DNA from: an uncultured Planctomycetales bacterium
GTDB taxonomy: Bacteria; 4484-113; JAFGCY01
Direction of reading: 5' to 3'
Assembly (NCBI GenBank): GCA_964512635.1
Contig: CAZEJB010000006.1
Span: forward strand, 1,500-65,499
Length of the DNA: 64,000 nt
Shown piece after piece: positions 58,901 to 64,000 of this stretch. Under the pieces are notes generated by a model. It was given only the letters and a program-made list of their open reading frames with translations, was not told the origin of the DNA and did no database searches. The number at the start of each line of letters is the position of its first letter. Position 1 is the stretch's first letter. A program made the translations under genes and the position numbers.

Positions 58901-60275
58901 TCACCATGCCACTGACAGCTGCCTCATAAAGCGCCCGATTGCGCAAAGGGTCTGAGAAGAGATCGAAACCCCGACGCAGTTCCCCCAGTTCCGGCGGATT
59001 GCTGAGCATCAAGGGAAGATGCTGCGCTGTGCCCGATACGGGAATCTCCTTGCCCTGGCTGTCATACTGCCAAATGCGGAAGTTAAGCAGTCCATCTTCC
59101 TGGGCCCTTTGCTCCGCCGCGTCCTCTTCCCCCGGCTCTACCACTGGGGCCCATTCCCAGGAGCGAACACCGCGATTGCGGGTCAAAAATGCTGTGTATT
59201 CCGAGAATTCCTGTGGTGTGACATGTTCACTGCCCTCAAAGAAGCGCCCCAGGCCCTCAAGCTCCACCCGAGAAACATGGGTAAGGAGTTCTTTGACGTC
59301 CATGGCCTTGTGACTGGCAACCTGGCGGAATTCAGTCAGAGCCTGCCGTCGCACCTCTTTGGCCGCAACCCAGGTCGCTGCCCCAGTCAGCAGAAGACCC
59401 AGCAGTACTGTGATCATCACTTCCAGCCGGCGGACAATCAAAGGACAGCGATTGGATCTGGCACGGCGATATTGCAGTGCACCACCGGCAATCAGAAGCA
59501 GGGCTGCCGCCAGCGTGAGCCAGAGCGGGACCAGCGCGGCCCGCGAGGCTCTTTTGCTCCAGTCCGCGGCGTTCATGTCCAGGCCCAGGACCGCAATCAG
59601 CTGGCCATCCTGCTGGATCGGAACAAAGGCCGAGACCCACACGCCCCAACGATCGCTCACCGGTCCGGAAACCAGTTCCTGACGCGAATCAAAGACTACA
59701 GCATCAGTCTCGGGAAACTCGTCATAGGTTTGGCCGGGCGGAGACTCATCTTCCGATCCTACCGGTTCCGAGTCAAGGTAAAAGAACACCTTGCCATCCT
59801 GCCGGCGGCCCATCAGATAAATGAATCTGCTTCCGGGAACCACTTGCAGGATACTTGCAAGCTGCTGTTTAAGGCGCAGATAGTTGAGCGTCTGCTCATC
59901 CGCATTGCTGCCGGACAGCACCTGTATGCGTTCAGGCTGGATCGCCTGAGCAACGAGCCGCGCCTGAAACAGGAGGTCGCTGCGCATCTGCTGGTCTTCG
60001 CGCCAGACGGACCACCAGGCGAAAAGTCCGCCGACAATGAAGGTGAGAATGAGCATGCGCCAGAGGCTCGGCCCCCACAGGGACAGCACCGACTCGCGCT
60101 CTTTTACCGGCCTGATCATTGTTTGGATCCGGCGCAGAGGCCAGATCGCTATGGACCCGGCCTGACGCGCTGAACTGTGGTGTCCCGGCCTGGCCGCGGC
60201 AGAAACGGCCTGGGTCAGAACAGCAGTACTTTGATTTATCGGATTGAATGGATCCGACTTGATTGTGGAAGCCAC
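55947..60275 (-). CDS. hybrid sensor histidine kinase (periplasmic sensor, PAS, HisKA, HATPase, two REC domains, C-terminal Hpt)
   Basis: 1442 aa. H-box …LARMSHEIRTPMNGVLGMTELL…, N/G boxes, receivers …VLVVDDTQLN… and …ILLAEDNPVNQ…DLVLMDCQMPEMDG…, Hpt …HTIKGGSSEVLAECV…. Confidence 0.9.
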   Translation of the reverse strand: MASTIKSDPFNPINQSTAVLTQAVSAAARPGHHSSARQAGSIAIWPLRRIQTMIRPVKERESVLSLWGPSLWRMLILTFIVGGLFAWWSVWREDQQMRSDLLFQARLVAQAIQPERIQVLSGSNADEQTLNYLRLKQQLASILQVVPGSRFIYLMGRRQDGKVFFYLDSEPVGSEDESPPGQTYDEFPETDAVVFDSRQELVSGPVSDRWGVWVSAFVPIQQDGQLIAVLGLDMNAADWSKRASRAALVPLWLTLAAALLLIAGGALQYRRARSNRCPLIVRRLEVMITVLLGLLLTGAATWVAAKEVRRQALTEFRQVASHKAMDVKELLTHVSRVELEGLGRFFEGSEHVTPQEFSEYTAFLTRNRGVRSWEWAPVVEPGEEDAAEQRAQEDGLLNFRIWQYDSQGKEIPVSGTAQHLPLMLSNPPELGELRRGFDLFSDPLRNRALYEAAVSGMVTATEPIRLETPDGSNLGVALCRPVFGQGKLRGHVLAILEFSQLLQHASQLSSDLDGSSDIQLELYELGSERRLLASTRSSLDRGSGMELALYRPLLCFSKTYAVKATPDANYSSADVVRTDLIAALLGLSLTLALALVVGTFSGHRERLEREVSQRTMALRAERQRAEQILDGTRAGTWEWSIATGELICNERWAEMLGYRSEELQPLTIETWRGLCHPDDLSASLQQLERHFRGEQDYYECELRARSKSGDWVMVLESGRLAQVAEDGAPKLMSGIHLDINDRYQAETQLSLYADELAERNTALDQALVQAEAATKAKSEFLARMSHEIRTPMNGVLGMTELLLETNLSRDQRDFAETTHASGKALLTVINDILDFSKIEAGKLELESINFDLRNLAESVLELLAGKAGERGNELILDLPPYVPNLLLGDPGRVRQILLNLLGNAIKFTRDGVIQLRVNCIEHSAKGMVFRFEVIDNGIGIPEEKLSSIFDAFSQVDASVTRKYGGTGLGLSISRQLAELMGGRTGVESELGRGSTFWFTALLQPATGESLPDPVHFSELQGLNVLVVDDTQLNLTILERELAAWGMRALVASSGVEALGLLAGLGGSEPVALALIDCHMPGMNGEELGYELRSSVRWRDLPLVMLSSASSKGDSDRLKEAGFSGFLVKPVKRATLLECITLVLGLSRASSDDAVRPMVTQSLLLAQNHQSIRILLAEDNPVNQKVALNILGKLDCSVDVASTGLEALEQVQLKNYDLVLMDCQMPEMDGYAASEAIRRLDLPISRVPIIAMTAHAMAGDRERCLASGMSDYITKPINREALIEAISRWGRTPGFADEDLVIESESGALDPADTPSVGLGADTKPVPELPMDIPASIERAGDEVFWRELMDAYFEETAVRLYRLGEAVEAGELAIVHREAHTIKGGSSEVLAECVRRTAGELEMLARSGSLENAPLLYARLRQEFDNLKDYLGRESQIGLPAA

Positions 60276-60478
60276 GAGTCCTGATCAAGGGCACAGCCGG
60301 GATCATCGGCAGGGTTTAACATCAAAAGACCGTTATCCAAGCGACTCCGTTTAGCCAGCACAGTCTCTTTGATATGGCTGAAATGGTTGATTCGGCTCTG
60401 GGTGTAACACTATTCTTGCGGCAGCGAAGTGTCTCGATGGATGGCCAAAAGCAGGAGTTTCTGCAATGGGGGAAGAAG

Positions 60479-60550
60479 TAGCCCCAACGGGGATCGAACC
60501 CGTACCTTCACCTTGAAAGAGTGACGTCCTAACCACTAGACTATGGGGCC
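60479..60550 (-). tRNA. tRNA-Glu (anticodon TTC)
   Basis: Reverse complement GGCCCCATAGTCTAGTGGTTAGGACGTCACTCTTTCAAGGTGAAGGTACGGGTTCGATCCCCGTTGGGGCT folds as a cloverleaf. D-stem GTCT/GGAC, anticodon loop CTTTCAA, T-loop TTCGATC. Ends fixed to within about 2 nt. Confidence 0.8.
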
Positions 60551-60602
60551 AAGCGGGCTTGCGGCGCCATCAAAAGATCCGCACCGGCGCAGAGGGAAAA
60601 TC

Positions 60603-60674
60603 TGCGCCATGAAGGGTTCGAACCTTCGACCACCTGATTAAAAGTCAGATGCTCTTCCACTGAGCTAATGGCGC
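60603..60674 (-). tRNA. tRNA-Lys (anticodon TTT)
   Basis: Reverse complement GCGCCATTAGCTCAGTGGAAGAGCATCTGACTTTTAATCAGGTGGTCGAAGGTTCGAACCCTTCATGGCGCA. 7-bp acceptor stem, D-stem GCTC/GAGC, anticodon loop CTTTTAA, T-loop TTCGAAC. Confidence 0.85.
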
Positions 60675-60790
60675 CTGGCCGGGCAATATTATACCTGTCT
60701 CGAGCCGGTTGCTCCAGTGGGTCGCTGAAAATTGGGCTCGCGAGCTTCTGCGGGACAAGCTGCAAGCTCACTTCTGCCGCGGGTCACGGA

Positions 60791-60879
60791 TAAAGGAAAA
60801 AGGCCCGGCACCGGCCAGGCCCTCTCATTCCGATTCATCCTTGCAGCCCTGCCAGGAACCTGCAGGATGCATCACAGCC
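60791..60879 (-). other. conserved ~90-110-nt module (about 45 nt at ~90% identity, plus a GC hairpin and T-tract), copy 1. Paralogous to 62224..62309
   Basis: 60835-60879 TCATCCTTGCAGCCCTGCCAGGAACCTGCAGGATGCATCACAGCC matches 62265-62309 at 41/45 positions. Followed by the imperfect hairpin GGCCCGGC/GCCAGGCC and a minus-strand T-tract. Confidence 0.5.
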
Positions 60880-60914
60880 AATTTTGTTTACGGCGCCGGG
60901 CCAGCCATGCCCCG

Positions 60915-60943
60915 AAAAAAGAGAGGCGGCCGAAGCCGCCTCT
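60915..60943 (-). terminator. rho-independent terminator directly after the lipoprotein gene 60965..62062
   Basis: Perfect 9-bp stem AGAGGCGGC/GCCGCCTCT with loop CGAA, followed on the minus strand by TCTTTTTTCGG. Confidence 0.7.
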
Positions 60944-60964
60944 TTGCTTCGAGCTTGAGATCAC

Positions 60965-62062
60965 TTAGACCGCCGGGTCGTCCCCGCCGCCGTTGTCGTC
61001 GCCAGCCGGATCGTCTCCGCCGCCGATGTCGTCACCAGCAGGGTCATCACCGCCATCGTTTCCGTCGTCGGTTGTCGGGTCGTCGCCACCGCCGTTGTCA
61101 TCGTCCCCTGCATCGCCGTCGTCCACTCCGGTGTTGTCATCGTCGCCGCTTCCGCTATCATCTCCGGTGCTCGGATCGTCATCACCGCCGCTGGAATCGT
61201 CACCACCGTCCACTGAATCATTGCCGTCGTCGCCGGCAGGATCATCATCGCCGCCTGCGCCGGTGTCGTCATCTCCGCCATTGTCGTCGGCAGAATCGTC
61301 GCCGCCATCATCATCGCCGGAATCAACTGAGTCGTCGTTTCCATCATTGTCGTTATCGTTGTCGTCGATGCTGTCACCATCGCCATCATCATCACTGGAT
61401 CCGTCGACACTGCCGTCGCTGCCGCCATTGCCTTCCATTGAGTCCGGGCGGTTGTCGCAATCGCTGTCTTCGAAGGCGGTTTCATCCTCGAGGCTGCCAT
61501 CGTTGTCGCTGTCCGCCACGGTCTCGCCGCTGCGCATGCGGTGCTGATGATGCATGTGTTCGTTGGCGCCATGGTCATCGCCAAACTCACTCTCAACGTC
61601 CAACGAGTCTGACTCGCCGTCGGAATCGGTATCAGTTTCGTCAATCGTTTGAGTAAGCTCAGCAGTCGACCCCTCAGTCAGAGTTACCGGGAAGGCAATC
61701 TGGGCATTGTCCGGGCTGCCATCGCCATTTAGGTCGCTGGCGGATGAATAGTCCACCGTCACGTCATACTCGCGGCCGCCCGGCACATCGTAGAAATCGA
61801 AGTTGCCGTTGTCGTCCGTCACATCGTGTCCCGCCGCAGCACCGGTGGTGGAATCAACCAGGGTAACCGCCGCGTTGCTGATGGCGCCAGGGGCTGCCGA
61901 AGTGAGGTGATTGCCGCCGCCACCGCGCAGGAGCTGGCCGTGCAGGTCAGCGGTGGTGTTGTCCGCAGGCGCCGGGGAGCTGCTGCCTCCGCCGCAGCCA
62001 GTGATGGCGAGGGTGAGAGTGGCCACACAGGCCAGCAGGGCGACGGTGCAATTCTTGTTCAT
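60965..62062 (-). CDS. lipoprotein with a CarboxypepD_reg-like domain, His-rich segment and an extreme poly-(Asp/Gly) C-terminal tail (paralog 1)
   Basis: AGGAGA plus ATG at 62062 (MNKNCTVALLACVATLTLAITGCGGG). …HMHHQHRMRSGE… About 150-aa tail of GDDxGGDD-type repeats. Confidence 0.75.
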   Translation of the reverse strand: MNKNCTVALLACVATLTLAITGCGGGSSSPAPADNTTADLHGQLLRGGGGNHLTSAAPGAISNAAVTLVDSTTGAAAGHDVTDDNGNFDFYDVPGGREYDVTVDYSSASDLNGDGSPDNAQIAFPVTLTEGSTAELTQTIDETDTDSDGESDSLDVESEFGDDHGANEHMHHQHRMRSGETVADSDNDGSLEDETAFEDSDCDNRPDSMEGNGGSDGSVDGSSDDDGDGDSIDDNDNDNDGNDDSVDSGDDDGGDDSADDNGGDDDTGAGGDDDPAGDDGNDSVDGGDDSSGGDDDPSTGDDSGSGDDDNTGVDDGDAGDDDNGGGDDPTTDDGNDGGDDPAGDDIGGGDDPAGDDNGGGDDPAV

Positions 62063-62223
62063 GTTTGATTCTCCTGGGCCAATCGCGGCTCCACACAAGT
62101 AGTCTACGGCCACTATGAACAAAACAAAAGACACACTTTGAGGTCATTTCGACATATACAGCGGGCGCACTTAGTTAAACTTCTGTTCAACCTTCTGGTC
62201 TTTGCGGCGTGAAGTGTGGGCCG

Positions 62224-62309
62224 AAAATTAAAGGCCCGGCTTGCGCCGGGCCCCTCTTACCGAGTCATCCTTGCAGCCCTGCCAGGAAACTGCCGGATGT
62301 GTCACAGCC
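62224..62309 (-). other. conserved module, copy 2, including terminator hairpin GGCCCGGC-ttgc-GCCGGGCC and a T-tract
   Basis: Begins 8 nt after the stop of 62317..63609. Stem at 62233-62240/62245-62252, followed on the minus strand by TTTAATTTT. Confidence 0.55.
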
Positions 62310-62316
62310 GTAGTTT

Positions 62317-63609
62317 CTAGTTGTCGCCGCTGCCCTGGTCAGGCGTGCCGTCATCGCCACCACCATCATTACCAGAGTCGTCGCTGCCTCCGTTGTCATC
62401 GCCGCCGTTATCGTCGCCGCCGTGACCGCCTCCAGAATTGTCATCGCCGCCGTTGTCGTCGCCGCCGCCGCCGGATCCGCTGTCAGTTCCACTCTTGATT
62501 TCCGTGGCGCGGTAGCCGTCGCCATCTGCGACAGCCTCAACTTTGACTTCCATGCCAACACTGAAGGAATCAACACTGACGTGCTCGCCGTTGAGCTTCC
62601 ACTCGGTAGCGGAGTCAAACTTAAAGCGCGTTCCGCTGATAGTCACGCCATCGACACCGAGGTTCTCGATGGTGCCAAAAGTCTCGACGTGGTCCACCAC
62701 GCCGGGGTCATCATCCCCGGAGCTCTGGCCGGTCTTGACCTCCGTGGCGACGAAGTCTCCGTTCGCAGCCTTGAAGCCTTCAACCTTCACCTCGGTCCCA
62801 ACCGGGAAGGCGCTGGGGCTGGCGTGGTGGTTGTCGCCGACCTGCCATTCCGTCGCGCTGGTGAAGGTGAATGAGACACCGCCGACGCTGAAGCTGGAGC
62901 TGTCGATGCTCTCGATTGCACCGAAGAGCTCGATGCCGCTGCCGGTTGAACCGCCGCTGCTGTCGCTGCTGTCGGGCAGGTTGTCGCAGTTGCTGTCGTC
63001 AAAGCCGCTGTCATCGCTGAAGCTGCCATTGTTGTTGCTGTCGTCCACTGTCATGCCATCGCGGAAGCGGTGCTGGCGATGATGACTCTCCTGATGCCCC
63101 TTGTCATCGCCGATTTCAGTCTTGACGACAAGCGAGTCGTCGCTGCCGTCGCTGTTGCTGTCATCGACGCCAATGGTCTGCACCAGATTGGTAATGCTCT
63201 GGTCGGCTACGCTGACCGGGAAGAACAACTCCACCTGGTCGTTGCTGCCGTCGCCATCCAGATCCTTGCTGGATGTGAACTCAACTTTCACGAGGTAGCT
63301 GCTGCCGCTGGGAATCGCCTTGAACTCGAAATTGCCTGAGGCGTTGGTGACATTGCTGCCCTGCAGAGCGCCAGTCACCGCATTGATCAGACTCACGGGG
63401 ATGCCTGACAGACCATCGCCGACGGTGCTGGTTACGCGGCCGCCAGCGCCTTCACGGAGCTGACCGGTGAGGTTCGCCGTGCCGGCGGCAGGTCCGCCGC
63501 CTCCAGGGTTGACCGGGGCGCCGCCGCCGCCGCCGCCGCAGGACGCGGCCAGCAGTGACAGGCCGGTGAGTGTGGCCAGGGCAATACAGTTCTTGGTGTT
63601 CTTAGTCAT
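62317..63609 (-). CDS. lipoprotein with a CarboxypepD_reg-like domain, His-rich segment, two DUF5666-like beta repeats and a poly-(Asp/Gly) tail (paralog 2)
   Basis: AGGAGA plus ATG at 63609 (MTKNTKNCIALATLTGLSLLAASCGGG). …HESHHRQHRFRDG… Two ~70-aa repeats …ATEW…VG.EVKVE…ATE(V/I)K(T/S)G. Tail GGGGDDNGGDDNSGGGHGGDDNGG…. Confidence 0.75.
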   Translation of the reverse strand: MTKNTKNCIALATLTGLSLLAASCGGGGGGAPVNPGGGGPAAGTANLTGQLREGAGGRVTSTVGDGLSGIPVSLINAVTGALQGSNVTNASGNFEFKAIPSGSSYLVKVEFTSSKDLDGDGSNDQVELFFPVSVADQSITNLVQTIGVDDSNSDGSDDSLVVKTEIGDDKGHQESHHRQHRFRDGMTVDDSNNNGSFSDDSGFDDSNCDNLPDSSDSSGGSTGSGIELFGAIESIDSSSFSVGGVSFTFTSATEWQVGDNHHASPSAFPVGTEVKVEGFKAANGDFVATEVKTGQSSGDDDPGVVDHVETFGTIENLGVDGVTISGTRFKFDSATEWKLNGEHVSVDSFSVGMEVKVEAVADGDGYRATEIKSGTDSGSGGGGDDNGGDDNSGGGHGGDDNGGDDNGGSDDSGNDGGGDDGTPDQGSGDN

Positions 63610-63866
63610 AGTTGTTACTCTCCTGTTGATGTAGCGCTCAGCGCTTCTTGGTGCCAGCGCAAATGCGCCTTCCTTGACTAGTCCTGCAGCTCCGGGCTGT
63701 TTAGCCAGACCCAGAATCTGCGAATCCATCCCATTGCCGCATCTTTCAGCCTGCGGCCAGCTGTTTCATGCACCTGCATGACTGCCTCCGTGGTCTGCCG
63801 GGGTTAGTTCCCGGCCATGTTTTCCAAGCTTCAATGTTCACTGAGATGCCGTCTCACAGCCATCTC

Positions 63867-63903
63867 AATAAAAGGCGCGGGACACCTCGCGGAGCCCCGC
63901 GCC
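63867..63903 (-). terminator. rho-independent terminator after the partial gene at the window end
   Basis: 8-bp stem GGCGCGGG/CCCGCGCC (63874-63881/63896-63903), followed on the minus strand by TTTTATTGAG. Confidence 0.55.
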
Positions 63904-63915
63904 ATTCATTCCGAC

Positions 63916-64000
63916 TTAGTCCTCCATGCGGATCCGGGTAGCAATCCAGCCGCCTTCTCCGTCCGCGTCGCCCTGGACTGAGACCAGCATCCCGACCGTG
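63916..64000 (-). CDS. 3' end of an unidentified gene (partial, enters from beyond the window end)
   Basis: Minus frame …TVGMLVSVQGDADGEGGWIATRIRMED* with a strong GC3 bias. Stop codon at 63916-63918. Confidence 0.35.
   Translation of the reverse strand, partial: TVGMLVSVQGDADGEGGWIATRIRMED

Noticed and set aside
60835-60879. Possible 15-aa micro-ORF (MHPAGSWQGCKDESE) inside the conserved module
   Set aside because: The start codon is lost in copy 2 (ATG to ACA) and the stops differ. It is too short to support
60709-61656. 315-aa Arg/His/Cys-rich plus-strand ORF (and 60993..61547)
   Set aside because: It is antisense to the poly-Asp/Gly tail of the lipoprotein gene. GAC and GGC repeats read in reverse as Arg, Ser and Pro runs

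Overview
This 64-kb window is a high-GC (~66%) bacterial chromosomal segment. It is densely coding, uses Shine-Dalgarno-led genes, and is unusually rich in secreted or lipoprotein genes and in tandem paralog families. All calls are from reading the sequence and the ORF track, with no database searches. Start codons were refined by eye, and the ORF track evidently allows GTG and TTG starts. Taxonomy cannot be assigned from the sequence alone.

Recognisable housekeeping and accessory genes:
- acyl-CoA dehydrogenase
- a Fur-family regulator immediately upstream of catalase-peroxidase KatG
- WrbA, a MarR regulator and a CDGSH Fe-S protein
- Ogt, urocanase HutU and a serpin
- a TfoX N-terminal-domain protein
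- an ECF sigma/anti-sigma pair
- MsrA, a VOC protein and a class-III aminotransferase
- a low-GC islet carrying two SnoaL-like proteins, a MarR regulator and a DinB-family protein
- a DUF378 protein, a photolyase and a membrane/thioredoxin-like protein
- a HlyD/ABC/2xFtsX exporter operon, followed upstream on the same strand by a 1442-aa hybrid sensor histidine kinase
- tRNA-Lys(TTT) and tRNA-Glu(TTC)

Unusual content:
1. A head-to-tail array of six paralogous regulators (7.4-16.1 kb), each an XRE helix-turn-helix domain plus a C-terminal helical TPR-like domain. Five of them have a TATACT box only 6-8 nt upstream of a GTG or TTG start, which suggests leaderless mRNAs.
2. An unannotated array of five tiny (47-58 aa) acidic lipopeptide genes (35.0-36.2 kb). 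Each has a Shine-Dalgarno sequence, a lipobox followed by CC(C), and a conserved C-terminal HNEGxGGD(A/V). They sit directly downstream of the ECF sigma/anti-sigma pair, and the last one overlaps the TfoX start codon.
3. Three tandem paralogous single-pass membrane proteins (18.5-20.1 kb).
4. An msrA reading frame whose catalytic Cys codon is TGA, making it a selenoprotein candidate.
5. Three large secreted proteins sharing an N-terminal W(E/D)W(H/Y)G module fused to PKD, beta-propeller-like or beta-helix domains.
6. A REP-associated tyrosine transposase (RAYT) flanked by duplicated REP/BIME-like repeats, with two tiny transmembrane peptides next to it.
7. Two paralogous lipoproteins with extreme poly-(Asp/Gly) tails, each followed by a duplicated ~110-nt module that ends in a terminator.
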